The notes beneath the pieces are model-generated. The model had not been told where the DNA came from. It did not search any database and saw only the letters and a list, made by a program, of their open reading frames with translations. A stretch of DNA of 64,000 nucleotides from Paracoccaceae bacterium (GTDB lineage: Bacteria; Pseudomonadota; Alphaproteobacteria; Rhodobacterales; Rhodobacteraceae). The position numbers were made by a program, and so were the translations under genes. Positions 9,421-19,570 of the stretch are shown one piece after another (the first letter of the stretch is position 1; each line of letters starts with the position of its first letter). Location: contig OZ244066.1 of NCBI GenBank assembly GCA_965215545.1, positions 585,358-649,357 on the forward strand, written 5' to 3'.

Positions 9421-12400
9421 ATGGAAGAGACGAGTCTGACCGAGGTCACACTGCGGGAGTTGTTCCTGAAGGCCAAGAGTCAGGGCTGCATCGACGAGGC
9501 AGAACTGACATCCCAGTTGCAGGCGATCAATTATGACGCGGGCCAGATCGGCAACATCAAGGACCGGCTCCAGGAGAATGGTGTGTCGATCCTGGCTGGC
9601 GGCGCCAGCGTTGCCGTCAGTGCCGGATCGAGCGGAGCCGGGGACAGCCAGTATGATGGGACCGATCCCTATGACCTGCCAGAAGATTATTCGCTGGAGA
9701 CAGAAAAGGCCCTGAGCCGGGTCATCGACGATTGGTCCGGGTCAATTTATCAGGCCCTGTTCCAGATCCCCCAGGCCTCCACCACCCTGATTGACTGGCA
9801 TGAACGGAGCCAGTGTGGGGATATCCCGCTTGATGCATTCATCGACACACTGGCCGAGGTCCAGAAACGCCCGGGCAAGATTGCCTCGAGCAAGAACGGT
9901 GTCCGGTCCCACAGTTCCATGACGCACATGCTGCAGGACACACGGGGCAAGCTCAGTGATCGGGAACGTCAAGCCCTCGAGCGGGTGCTGACCCGCATCG
10001 CCCGAATCCACGAGGAGTACCGGGGTCTGCATGACCGGCGCCTCGAATATCTGGCCGGTCGAGCCGATCGCTACACCAAGGCCCAGGCCCGTCGCTATCT
10101 GCGGGTCCGGGACGAGCTGCACGAGACGGCGATGAAGATCGCCGTCTCCCGCACGGTCGTGGCCGACCAGATCAAGGATGTGACAACCCGGGTGGCAGAA
10201 ATTCAAGCCGTCGAGACGCGCTGGCTTGAACTGGCGGCCAGGGCCGGCATCAGCACAGGTGACTTCCGGGCGGCCTGGCATGGCAAGGAGCTGGTGCCGG
10301 ACTGGCTTGCCCACCGTGCGGGCAACGGCTCGACTCAATGGCAGAAGCTGGCCCGGCTGGCCGGTAACGAGGCCACCGAACTCGCTGCGAAGATGGAAAC
10401 AGTCTGCCAACAGACAGGCCTTGATCCCGACGAATTCCGGCAACTGGCCGCCAAGGCCACAACAGCCCACACGCAGCTTGAGGCCGCCCGAGCAGAACTC
10501 AGGGACTACTTCCAGCCCGTTCTTGAGGCAATCATTGCCGAAAAGAAGGAGATCCACCCCCGCGAGTCCGGCATCAATGCCAAGGCCCGGGAGGCCTTGT
10601 CCCTCGCCATCGATTCCTACCATCATGACCAAGAGGACTTTTTCGACTTTGCCCAGCAGTTCCTGCGCAATGTGATCGGGATGCCCAGCACCAGCATTTA
10701 TGCCGATGATGCGGAATGGGACTACGACAGCACCCATCTCTACTCCGAGGATGGTGAGGAGATCGTTGATGATGGGGAGCTCGCGCTCGATCGGGACCGG
10801 AGCGACGAGGCCCTGGAGGGCAAGGAAACCGACCGCGGTGAGATTGTCGAATACGCCAGCGGCACGACAGCCCTGGACCGCAGCACGGATCCGGTCCGGA
10901 TGTATTTTCATGAGATGAGTCATGTCGATCTCCTGTCCCGTGAGGGCGAGATCGCCATTGCCAAGCGCATCGAGGCCGGAGAAAAGGAAATCATTGCCGC
11001 ACTCTGCACCAGTCCCCTGACCTACAAGGCCATTGCCGTCTGGTACCAGGAGATCCTGGATGGAGAGGCCTCACTGCGGGATGTCATCGATCTTGAAGCC
11101 ACCTATCACTCCTTCCGCAAGCCACGGGTGCTCGATATGGAGAAAGTGGTGGGCTCGGAGGTCATCAACCGCATCGCCCAGATCGCCGAGCAGGTGGACC
11201 AGCACATGCCCCGCGACAGGTCTTTGCTGAAACTTGAACTGGCGCGGATCCAGAAGAACCAATCGGCCCTGCTCGAGTCGGAAATCCACCATCGGGCGGC
11301 GATTCGGGCCCTGTGCGACTCCTTCGCCCTGCATGAAAACCAGAATTCAATGCTGATCCAGCGGGTCTCCCAGGTCCACAATCGCTATGTGAAGATTGAT
11401 GCGGCCTTGAACCAGATCGCCAATCGTGAAAAGGTCGGGTCGGAATCCCTGCGGCGGATCCTCTACCAGTCTGCCGAGAATCCCGACTGGCTCAAGCAGC
11501 TGGGCAAGCAGGGCGGGACGTTCTGGGCCCAACTGAATCTGAAACTGCGCAACGACCTGCCGGTGCTGATCCGCAAGATGCGCGAATGCATCCGCCAGAC
11601 CAGTCTCACGACATCGGAGCTGGAGATGCTGGCCACGCAGGTGACGGGCTATCGCAAGGCCCTGCAAGGCCGGGCGCGGATGGAATCCGAGATGCATCAT
11701 CATGACATGTTCCTCTACGATGTGGAGGACTGGTTTGCCGGCATCGAATCCGGGGCCCTGGCACTCGATTCCGTCATCAACCTCAGTACGTCCCGTCTTG
11801 GCCAGGACAGGAGTGGTGATTCAGCCACTCCGGCCCTTCACTGTGTACAGGCCTATCGCCGGCAGTTCCGGCAGTTCCGGCAACGCCACACAGCGCGTCT
11901 CGACTACGTCTGTGGCAAGAATGACCGCTTCACGGTCACCCAGCAGCGGCGCCTGGACAGTGACAAGAGTGAACTGCTCGAGATCCTGGCTCCGATTGTC
12001 TTCAAGCGCCACCGGGTGGAGGCCAGCGCCGCCAAACTCGTGGCCAACTGGCAACGGTGGCAGGAACTTGAATCCCGCCTGGCCGCAACGGCCAGGTCCC
12101 ACAAGATCAGCCGCTCCGACTTTTTCAACGCGGTGGCGTCCAATTGCCGCAAGAGTCAATGGCGCACCGTGATCAAGGGGAAGAAGGTGGCCGCCTGGCA
12201 GACGATTGACTGCCGCAAGGGCGGCACGTTTGCGACCCTCATTGCCGACATGCAGGCCTTTGTTACCGACCTCAAGAGCGATCCGGAGTCGTTTCGCAAG
12301 GGCATCTCGGCCAAGCTGATCAACCAGGCCAACCAGGATCCCCTGAAACTCCGTCAGGATCTCGTTACGCAGGTCGGCAGTTCCATGATCCTCGTGGATG

Positions 12401-14661
12401 CCTTTCTTGAGACCTATGTGGAGTTTCGCAAGGGCCACCTGCCACTGTCGGCCATTGTCGATACTGAAGCGATGGGCTTTGAGGACATCACCTGGGAAGC
12501 GGGTCGGAAACCCGGGGCCAAGACCTGCACCCTGCTCAATCAACTCGACCGCCAGGCCAAGCGGTGCCTGGCAGTCAAGGAACAGTTCTCAGTGCGTCTG
12601 CTGGTGGCCAGTGACAGTGGCGACAAGGACCTGGAAGCCAGCAAGATCCTTTATTTCAATGAGTGCGACAGCCTCACCAACCAGTTCCGGAAACTCACGC
12701 TCAGCGCCAACCTGATCGATGTGGTCTGTGACCAGATCCGGGATGTCAACAAGATCCTCGGACGCATCCGGGTCCAGACCCGGAAATTCGCCCAACGCAT
12801 GAGCATTGATCCCGGCGAGATGGATGCCTTCATCGACAGCAACCTGCATGACTCGGGACTCCGGGAACGCAGCGGGCGGCAAACCGGGACCGGCTGGTCA
12901 CGGCTTGCCAGGGAGCTGGCCCTCATCGATGAGGTCAAACGGTTGCGCAAGGAAATCTCTGATGTGGGATTTGAAGCCGGCTTGACCTACCAGACTTTCC
13001 GGCAGCTGTTCCCGGTCGACTGGTTCACCATCAAGGGACTGATCAAGCGTGAAAAACGGGACGCCCTGATCGGGAAATTGACCCAATTGCCCATGACCAT
13101 GTGGGAAATCGCCTCCTGGAATGACAAGCTGGGCACTGACAATGTCGGCCTGGCTGACAAGATCAATATCGAGGCGACCTACGAGAAGTTCAACCGGGCC
13201 GGCATCATCGCCGCTGTCGATGCCACGGACTGGCCCGGTGGCAAGGCCGGGATTCCCACCGATGGCAAGGAGGCCGGGCCGGGCCCGACCGAGGCGGAGT
13301 CCGAGACTGGTCCATCGATTGCGGTCATGGAGGAAGAAATCCGGGATCAGGTGATGAACATGCTCGGGACGATCAGCAACTCGGGCAGGAAACTCAAGGA
13401 AATCCAGATCAAGCGCATTGCCAAGGAAGCCGGCGAGATCACCCGGTTCACCAAGGTCCAGGAAGGCCGCTATATCCGACTCCGCAATGAGATCATCGAA
13501 CAGGTCCAGCAGCTGCACCTGCACCGCCGGCGCACCGAAACCCTGATCAAGCAACTCGAGGCCGTCTCAGCGCATTTCCTGGAACTGCGCAATGAGCTGA
13601 TGCGGCTTGCGGATCGGTGCCGGATCAACCGCAAGGATTTTCGGGATGCCTGGCTTGGCCACGAAATCGAGCCCAACTGGTACGACAAACGGGCCCTGCG
13701 TGGCCGGCGGGGCTGGAATGACCTGATCCACAACCACCGCGACCGGGTCGAGGCGATCCGCAGCGAATACATTGCCTCCTGCAAGCATGTCGGACTGAAA
13801 CTCGGCGGCGGCATTCCGCCCATGACCCATCTCCTGCAGCTCGGGCACCCCCTCACCGGCGCCCTGCGGGCCCCGCATGGCGATCTGGAGTTCAACAGCC
13901 TGATCGCTCGGCTCAAGAAGGGGGAACACGAGGCCAATCTGGCCAAGAATGAAATGATCGAGGCCAATCTGCGTCTGGTGATCTCGATTTCCAAGAAATA
14001 CACCAACAAGGGCCTGCAGCTCCTCGACCTCATCCAGGAAGGCAACATCGGGCTGATGAAGGCTGTCGACAAGTTCGAGTACCGGCGTGGTTTCAAGTTC
14101 TCGACCTATGCCACCTGGTGGATCCGGCAGGCCATCACCCGCTCGATTGCCGACCAGGCCAAGACCATCCGGATCCCGGTCCACATGATCGAGACCATCA
14201 ACAAACTCAACCGGACCTCCCGGCAGCTGCAGCTCGAGCTCAAGCGGGAACCCAATCCCGAAGAGCTCGCCGAAAAACTCGGCATGCCACTCGACAAGGT
14301 CCGCAAGGTCATGAAGATCGCCAAGGAACCCTCCAGTCTCCAGTCGCCGGTCGGTGACGAAGAGGACAGCCAGCTCGGTGATTTCATTGAGGACAAGCAG
14401 GCCATGCTGCCACTTGAGAGCGCCATCCAGAGCAGTCTCAAGGAAACAACCTGCCGGGTCCTTGCCACCCTGACACCCCGTGAAGAACGGGTCCTGCGCT
14501 TGCGGTTCGGCATCGGTGTGCCTTCGGAAAACACCCTTGAGGAGGTCGGACGCGAATTCCAGGTCACCCGCGAACGGATCCGCCAGATCGAGGCCAAGGC
14601 CCTTCGCAAGCTCAAGAACCCCAGCCGGGGCCGCAATCTCCGCACCTATCTGGAGGAATGA
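9421..14661 (+). CDS. rpoD: Primary sigma factor RpoD, abnormally long (1746 aa)
   Basis: Region 1.1 is at the N-terminus. Region 1.2 ([31 protein letters not shown]) is at aa 489-520. Regions 2-4 are near-canonical at aa 1516-1746 ([82 protein letters not shown] ... [28 protein letters not shown]). The extra length comes from repeated non-conserved-region modules (see findings). Confidence 0.95.
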   Translation: MEETSLTEVTLRELFLKAKSQGCIDEAELTSQLQAINYDAGQIGNIKDRLQENGVSILAGGASVAVSAGSSGAGDSQYDGTDPYDLPEDYSLETEKALSRVIDDWSGSIYQALFQIPQASTTLIDWHERSQCGDIPLDAFIDTLAEVQKRPGKIASSKNGVRSHSSMTHMLQDTRGKLSDRERQALERVLTRIARIHEEYRGLHDRRLEYLAGRADRYTKAQARRYLRVRDELHETAMKIAVSRTVVADQIKDVTTRVAEIQAVETRWLELAARAGISTGDFRAAWHGKELVPDWLAHRAGNGSTQWQKLARLAGNEATELAAKMETVCQQTGLDPDEFRQLAAKATTAHTQLEAARAELRDYFQPVLEAIIAEKKEIHPRESGINAKAREALSLAIDSYHHDQEDFFDFAQQFLRNVIGMPSTSIYADDAEWDYDSTHLYSEDGEEIVDDGELALDRDRSDEALEGKETDRGEIVEYASGTTALDRSTDPVRMYFHEMSHVDLLSREGEIAIAKRIEAGEKEIIAALCTSPLTYKAIAVWYQEILDGEASLRDVIDLEATYHSFRKPRVLDMEKVVGSEVINRIAQIAEQVDQHMPRDRSLLKLELARIQKNQSALLESEIHHRAAIRALCDSFALHENQNSMLIQRVSQVHNRYVKIDAALNQIANREKVGSESLRRILYQSAENPDWLKQLGKQGGTFWAQLNLKLRNDLPVLIRKMRECIRQTSLTTSELEMLATQVTGYRKALQGRARMESEMHHHDMFLYDVEDWFAGIESGALALDSVINLSTSRLGQDRSGDSATPALHCVQAYRRQFRQFRQRHTARLDYVCGKNDRFTVTQQRRLDSDKSELLEILAPIVFKRHRVEASAAKLVANWQRWQELESRLAATARSHKISRSDFFNAVASNCRKSQWRTVIKGKKVAAWQTIDCRKGGTFATLIADMQAFVTDLKSDPESFRKGISAKLINQANQDPLKLRQDLVTQVGSSMILVDAFLETYVEFRKGHLPLSAIVDTEAMGFEDITWEAGRKPGAKTCTLLNQLDRQAKRCLAVKEQFSVRLLVASDSGDKDLEASKILYFNECDSLTNQFRKLTLSANLIDVVCDQIRDVNKILGRIRVQTRKFAQRMSIDPGEMDAFIDSNLHDSGLRERSGRQTGTGWSRLARELALIDEVKRLRKEISDVGFEAGLTYQTFRQLFPVDWFTIKGLIKREKRDALIGKLTQLPMTMWEIASWNDKLGTDNVGLADKINIEATYEKFNRAGIIAAVDATDWPGGKAGIPTDGKEAGPGPTEAESETGPSIAVMEEEIRDQVMNMLGTISNSGRKLKEIQIKRIAKEAGEITRFTKVQEGRYIRLRNEIIEQVQQLHLHRRRTETLIKQLEAVSAHFLELRNELMRLADRCRINRKDFRDAWLGHEIEPNWYDKRALRGRRGWNDLIHNHRDRVEAIRSEYIASCKHVGLKLGGGIPPMTHLLQLGHPLTGALRAPHGDLEFNSLIARLKKGEHEANLAKNEMIEANLRLVISISKKYTNKGLQLLDLIQEGNIGLMKAVDKFEYRRGFKFSTYATWWIRQAITRSIADQAKTIRIPVHMIETINKLNRTSRQLQLELKREPNPEELAEKLGMPLDKVRKVMKIAKEPSSLQSPVGDEEDSQLGDFIEDKQAMLPLESAIQSSLKETTCRVLATLTPREERVLRLRFGIGVPSENTLEEVGREFQVTRERIRQIEAKALRKLKNPSRGRNLRTYLEE

Positions 14662-14716
14662 CCATGCCTCCACGCCAGACCCGGTTGCTCCGGCAACCGT
14701 TCCCGGGGTCGCCCTG

Positions 14717-15199
14717 ATGCGCTGTCCCTTCTGCAGCGGACCGGAATCGCAGGTCAAGGACACCCGGCCGATCGAGGAGAACGCTGTCATCCGCCGCCGC
14801 CGCTCCTGCCTGACCTGCGGGGGACGTTTTACCACCTATGAACGAATGCAGGTCGGTATCCTCACCGTGATCAAGTCCGATGGCCGCCGCCAGAGTTTCG
14901 ATCGCGAGAAGCTCAAGAAGTCGATTGTCGTGGCCCTGCACAAGCGCAGCATCGGCGGTGAACGGATCAACCAGATCGTCACCGGTCTCATCCGCCGTCT
15001 CGAGGAGGGCGGTGAGACGGAGGTCCCGTCGGAACGGATCGGGCGCTATGCCATGGAGTCCCTCGAGGTCATCGACACCGTTGCCTATGTCCGCTTCGCA
15101 AGCGTCTACAAGAACTTCCAGATGGTCGATGACTTCGAATCCTTTGTCTCGGAAATCCGACCCAGCAGCGAGGCCGACGATGGAGTTGACGAACAGTGA
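14717..15199 (+). CDS. nrdR: Transcriptional repressor NrdR
   Basis: MRCPFCSGPESQVKDTRP...CLTCGGRFTTYE zinc ribbon followed by an ATP-cone. Start at ATG 14717. Confidence 0.95.
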   Translation: MRCPFCSGPESQVKDTRPIEENAVIRRRRSCLTCGGRFTTYERMQVGILTVIKSDGRRQSFDREKLKKSIVVALHKRSIGGERINQIVTGLIRRLEEGGETEVPSERIGRYAMESLEVIDTVAYVRFASVYKNFQMVDDFESFVSEIRPSSEADDGVDEQ

Positions 15200-16277
15200 C
15201 GTGCGCTACATGGACCACGCCCTTGCCCTCGGTCGCCGCCAGCGTGGACAAACCTGGCCCAATCCAGCCGTCGGCTGTGTCCTGGTCAGCAATGACACCA
15301 TCGTCGGCCGGGGCTGGACTGCCAGCGGTGGCCGCCCCCATGCCGAAGCCCAGGCTCTGATCGCCGCTGGCGACCGCGCCCGGGGTGCCACCGCCTACAT
15401 CACCCTTGAACCCTGCGCCCACCAAGGCCAGACACCCCCCTGCGCCGAAGCCCTGATCGAAGCCGGCATCGCCCGGGTGATCACAGCCATGGATGATCCC
15501 GACCCGCGGGTCGCCGGGGCCGGTCATGCCCTGCTTGCCGCCGCCGGCATCTCTGTCACACGATCCTGTCTTGCCCAACAGGCCAGCACCGAACACCATG
15601 GTTACCTGACCCGTTGCCGAACCGGTCGCCCTGCCCTCACCCTCAAACTTGCCCTCTCCTTCGATGGCAAGGCTGCCCTGCATGCCGGCACGCCGACATC
15701 CATCACCGGCTCCGCCACCCAGCGCTTCTGCCATCGCCTGCGCTCGGACCACGATGCCATCCTCGTTGGCCGGGGCACCGTGATCGCCGACAACCCCCGA
15801 CTCACCTGCCGCCTGCCCGGCATCGTGGACCAGCCGATCCGGATCATTCTTGATTCACGCCTGCAGCTGAACCCGGACTGTGCTCTTCTTTCCACTGCTG
15901 CCGACCACCCGGTCTGGATCTGTCATGGTCCGGATGCCTTCCCGGTTCCCGACCGACCGGGTCTGACCCCCATTGCCTGCCAGCCGGATGCCAACGGCCG
16001 GATCGATTGTGCAGACGCCCTTGCCCGGCTCGGCGACCGGGGTCTGACCCACGTCTTTTGCGAAGGCGGACCCCGACTCGCCGCATCCCTCCTTGCGGCC
16101 GATCTCGTCGATACAGTCTATGGCTTCATCGCCGGGACCATCTTTGGCAGCACGGGCCTGCCCGCCATCGGCATCCTGCCCGCCCCCCGGGGATTCACGT
16201 TGCATTCGGTCGAACGCTGCGGAAATGACAGCATCTGCTGCTGGAAGCGAGGTTCGGAGGGTCCAGGGTGCGCATAA
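15180..16277 (+). CDS. ribD: Bifunctional riboflavin biosynthesis deaminase/reductase
   Basis: MDHALALGRR..NPAVGCVLV..HAEAQAL..TLEPCAHQGQTPPC deaminase zinc motif plus a C-terminal reductase domain. Overlaps the nrdR end. Confidence 0.9.
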   Translation: MELTNSDVRYMDHALALGRRQRGQTWPNPAVGCVLVSNDTIVGRGWTASGGRPHAEAQALIAAGDRARGATAYITLEPCAHQGQTPPCAEALIEAGIARVITAMDDPDPRVAGAGHALLAAAGISVTRSCLAQQASTEHHGYLTRCRTGRPALTLKLALSFDGKAALHAGTPTSITGSATQRFCHRLRSDHDAILVGRGTVIADNPRLTCRLPGIVDQPIRIILDSRLQLNPDCALLSTAADHPVWICHGPDAFPVPDRPGLTPIACQPDANGRIDCADALARLGDRGLTHVFCEGGPRLAASLLAADLVDTVYGFIAGTIFGSTGLPAIGILPAPRGFTLHSVERCGNDSICCWKRGSEGPGCA

Positions 16278-16348
16278 CAAGACCGGTTCCCCGCCATCAC
16301 GCTCCGGTGCCCGGCAAGAGGGTTGCCGGGACAGAAGGTGCCTGAGCG

Positions 16349-16945
16349 ATGTTTACCGGCATGATCAGCGAGATCGGCACAGTTGCGTCGATCGACCGCA
16401 CGGGCGACTGGACCATCCGCATTGCCACCGACTCCCTGCGCGAGGGCCTGCAAATTGGTGCCTCGGTCGCCTGTCATGGAATCTGCCTGACGGTTGTGGC
16501 CCTGAGCCCACCGGGCAAGGCCGGCTGGTTCGAAGTGCAGGCCTCCCGCCACACCGCCAGCATCACCAACATCGAGACCTGGCAGACCGGTGTCCCGATC
16601 AATCTCGAACGCGCCCTGCGGGTCGGTGATGAGCTCGGCGGGCATATCGTCACCGGTCACATTGATGGGATGGCCCGCATCCGGTCCCGCACGGAGGCGG
16701 GCCAGTCTGTCCGCTTCCAGCTCGACTGCCCGGCCGGACTGGCCCGGTATCTCCCGGCCAAGGCCTCCGTCGCCCTCAACGGCGTGTCGCTGACCGTCAC
16801 GGATGCCGATCTGGCCGAATTTGGGGTCAACATCATTCCCCATACGCTCAGGGCGACCAGTTTTGGCATCTGTGCGGCCGGCGACTCCCTCAATCTCGAG
16901 ATCGATCCACTGGCCCGCTACGTCGAGAGGTTGCACAACCCATGA
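16349..16945 (+). CDS. ribE: Riboflavin synthase (alpha chain)
   Basis: MFTGMISEIGTV start. Two lumazine-binding repeats (GASVACHGICLTV / KASVALNGVSLTV). Confidence 0.9.
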   Translation: MFTGMISEIGTVASIDRTGDWTIRIATDSLREGLQIGASVACHGICLTVVALSPPGKAGWFEVQASRHTASITNIETWQTGVPINLERALRVGDELGGHIVTGHIDGMARIRSRTEAGQSVRFQLDCPAGLARYLPAKASVALNGVSLTVTDADLAEFGVNIIPHTLRATSFGICAAGDSLNLEIDPLARYVERLHNP

Positions 16946-18069
16946 CCGGGGGGGATGCCACATTGGGTACCGTTGTGCCCATCGAGACACTGATCGAGGA
17001 TGTCCGCAATGGCCGCATGGTCATTCTGGCTGATCATGAGGATCGAGAAAATGAGGGTGACCTGATTATCCCGGCCCAGATGACCACCCCGGATATCATC
17101 AATTTCATGGCTACCCATGGCCGCGGCCTGATCTGTCTGGCCCTGACCGAAGCCCGCATCACGGCCCTCGGCCTGCAGCTGATGACGGCGGTCAACTCAT
17201 CCCGCCACGAGACAGCCTTCACGGTCTCGATCGAGGCCCAGGAGGGGATCACGACAGGAATCTCCGCCCATGACCGGGCCCACACCGTCCAGGTCGCCAT
17301 TGATCCGGCCACCACCGCCAGGGATATCGCCACGCCAGGCCACATCTTTCCCCTCCAGTCCCAGAATGGTGGCGTTCTCGTCCGCGCTGGCCACACCGAA
17401 GCCGGGATCGACCTGGCCCGGCTGGCCGGCCTCAATCCCTCGGCCGTCATCTGCGAGATCCTGAATGCCGATGGCACCATGGCCCGCATGCCGGATCTCC
17501 TGACCTTCTCGAACACCCATGGCATCCATGTCGGGACCATTGCGGATCTCATCGCCTATCGGTTGCAGCATGACCGGACCGTCGATTGCCGTCTGCGCAC
17601 CCCCATCGAGTCCAGCTATGGGGGCACCTGGGATATGCACATCTTCCGCGATGCAATCCAGGCCGTCGATCACCTGGCCCTGACCAAGGGAACAATTGAT
17701 GATGGCGAACCGGTCCTGGTCCGGGTCCACGCCACCAATGCCTTTGCCGACCTGCTTGGCTTCACCCAGCACCGGCAGCACCAGATCCGTGGCGCCATGG
17801 AGCAGATCGCCGCTGCCGGTCGGGGGGTTCTGGTCCTGATCCGCGACACATCTCCCGACCTTGATCCCGGCCTGCATGAATCGCCCCCCACGCTGCGCCA
17901 GTATGGTCTCGGGGCCCAGATCCTCAGCGGTCTCGGTGTACAAAGGATGATTCTGGTGACGAACTCCCCATCCCCCCGGATCATTGCCCTCGCGGGGCAT
18001 GGGCTGACAATCGACGGCACAGTCCCCATCACGCAAGACGACCAATCCCATGTTGCGCACGGCCCGTGA
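16942..18069 (+). CDS. ribBA: 3,4-dihydroxy-2-butanone-4-phosphate synthase / GTP cyclohydrolase II-like
   Basis: 375 aa. DRENEGDLIIPAQ and HGRGLICLAL DHBP-synthase motifs, with a cyclohydrolase-II-like C-terminal half. 4-nt overlap with ribE. Confidence 0.9.
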   Translation: MTGGDATLGTVVPIETLIEDVRNGRMVILADHEDRENEGDLIIPAQMTTPDIINFMATHGRGLICLALTEARITALGLQLMTAVNSSRHETAFTVSIEAQEGITTGISAHDRAHTVQVAIDPATTARDIATPGHIFPLQSQNGGVLVRAGHTEAGIDLARLAGLNPSAVICEILNADGTMARMPDLLTFSNTHGIHVGTIADLIAYRLQHDRTVDCRLRTPIESSYGGTWDMHIFRDAIQAVDHLALTKGTIDDGEPVLVRVHATNAFADLLGFTQHRQHQIRGAMEQIAAAGRGVLVLIRDTSPDLDPGLHESPPTLRQYGLGAQILSGLGVQRMILVTNSPSPRIIALAGHGLTIDGTVPITQDDQSHVAHGP

Positions 18070-18538
18070 AGATCTCGACCGGATCGACTGGTCGCCAATC
18101 ATCCCCGCGAGGATTCTCATCATCGTGGCCGATTACAACACTGCCATCTCCGACATGCTGCTGACCGGCGCCGCCCGCCGCCTCGAATGGCGAATTGCCC
18201 CCCGGATCACCACCGCGCAGGTCTCGGGCGTCCTGGAGATCCCGCCCCTGATCCACCAGAGCCACACCATGCGGCCTCATGACGGGTATCTGGCGCTTGG
18301 CTGTGTCCTGCGCGGCGCCACCGCGCATTTCGATATCGTCGCCCGGGAGTCGGCCCGCGGCCTCACACTGCTTGGGCTCGATGGAGTCCTCATTGCCAAT
18401 GGCATCCTCACCGCCGATACCAGCAACCACGCCCTCGAGCGGGCTGACCCGGACCAGGCCGACCGTGGCGGCGAGGCTGCTGATGCCCTTCTGCGACTGA
18501 TGCTGGCCACCAGGTCACTGTCCCGGTCCGATGACTGA
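18050..18538 (+). CDS. ribH: 6,7-dimethyl-8-ribityllumazine synthase
   Basis: 162 aa. ARILIIVADYNTAISDMLLTGA ... VLEIPPL ... LGCVLRGATAHFDIVARE is the lumazine-synthase pattern. Operon position between ribBA and nusB. Confidence 0.85.
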   Translation: MLRTAREDLDRIDWSPIIPARILIIVADYNTAISDMLLTGAARRLEWRIAPRITTAQVSGVLEIPPLIHQSHTMRPHDGYLALGCVLRGATAHFDIVARESARGLTLLGLDGVLIANGILTADTSNHALERADPDQADRGGEAADALLRLMLATRSLSRSDD

Positions 18539-19037
18539 TGCTGCCCCGATCGACGGGCCGGACCCCTTGCAACATCACACGGCCCGGGCCCGCCGCACTG
18601 CCCGGCTGAATGCCGTCCAGGCCCTCTACCAGATGGAGATCAGTGGCCAGGGTCTTGACTATGTCGTCGAGAACTTCACCCATCAGGGTTCCCTTGGCGA
18701 ACCCGATAACCAGGAAACCCTCTGCGACCAGGTCCTCTTCCGCACCCTCGTGGCCGCCGCTGTTGCCCACCAATCAACCACCGACACTCTCGCAGCTGCT
18801 GCCCTCCGCCAGGACTGGCCACTCGCCAGCCTCGACCCGACCCTCCGAGCCATCTTCCGGGTCGCCACCGCCGAACTCCATGATCGCCAGCGCCCACCCC
18901 GCATCGTCATCCGGGACTATCTTGACATCGCCAGCGCCTTCTTCCCCCAGGGCAAGGAAGTCGGTTTCGTCAATGGCATTCTCGACACTCTCGCCCACCA
19001 CCTGCGCCCCGATGCCTTCAACCATGACCCCGCATGA
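18531..19037 (+). CDS. nusB: Transcription antitermination factor NusB
   Basis: 168 aa. ARLNAVQALYQMEISG ... LRAIFRVATAELH ... VGFVNGILDTLA. Conserved ribH-nusB linkage. Confidence 0.9.
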   Translation: MTDAAPIDGPDPLQHHTARARRTARLNAVQALYQMEISGQGLDYVVENFTHQGSLGEPDNQETLCDQVLFRTLVAAAVAHQSTTDTLAAAALRQDWPLASLDPTLRAIFRVATAELHDRQRPPRIVIRDYLDIASAFFPQGKEVGFVNGILDTLAHHLRPDAFNHDPA

Positions 19038-19220
19038 CAACCGGGCAATCCGCCAGCCCATCGGCCGGAAGGTCTCGAAGATCACGTCACTGTTCAGGGT
19101 CCTGCCCCACCGCCAGACCCTGTCCGCCGGCAGGCTGTTTGACACCGTCTGTCGCATCGCCCATCCACCCACCAGCCAGGACGGCCAAAGCCGCGGCGAC
19201 AGGCAGCCGGCAGGCATCCC

Positions 19221-19512
19221 GTGTCAGGACCCATCGACGATCGTGAGTCATTGGCCAACCCGAGCACCACCCTGACAGCAGCCCTTGCCGACCGCGATGC
19301 CGTGATTGCCGAGCACCGCACCACCGTCGCCGTCCAGGCCGCCCCATCGCCGAACCGGAGCGCCGCCTCGGACTCGACGGTGCGGGCAAAGCCACCGTCC
19401 GTCGCGCCAGCCAAAGAGCAACCGGATGCCGGGCGGCCCGCGGCGCCGTCCCGACCCCATCGCGGACCACGATCCTGATATCTGCACAATCTGTGGCGCG
19501 GGGGACCAATAA
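19221..19512 (+). pseudogene. IS66-family transposase N-terminal remnant (frameshifted, truncated)
   Basis: LTAALADRDAVIAEHRTTV is coiled-coil-like. In a second frame, RRPDPIADHDPDICTICGAGDQ resembles the ...HLPRE..H.P..C.CG.. zinc-finger entry of IS66 TnpC. It stops where the AT-richer islet begins. Confidence 0.3.
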
Positions 19513-19570
19513 TTGGGGGATTTCTCGTAGGCGGGGCAAGATGATGTGGATTGGGGCGTGCCGGGGAGGC

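Noticed and set aside
14662-14716. GGTTGC-tccg-GCAACC hairpin after rpoD, considered as a terminator.
   Set aside because: The stem is only 6 bp, there is no U-tract, and nrdR starts 20 nt later. Not convincing.
9742-14835. Long minus-strand ORFs inside rpoD (9742-10923, 12898-13554, 13567-14835).
   Set aside because: These are shadow frames of the sigma-factor gene. No independent support.
16278-16348. Looked for an FMN (RFN) riboswitch in the rib cluster intergenic regions and upstream of nrdR.
   Set aside because: The conserved RFN core (AGGG..GGTGAAATTCC...CCGACGGT-type) is not visible. The spacers are short.
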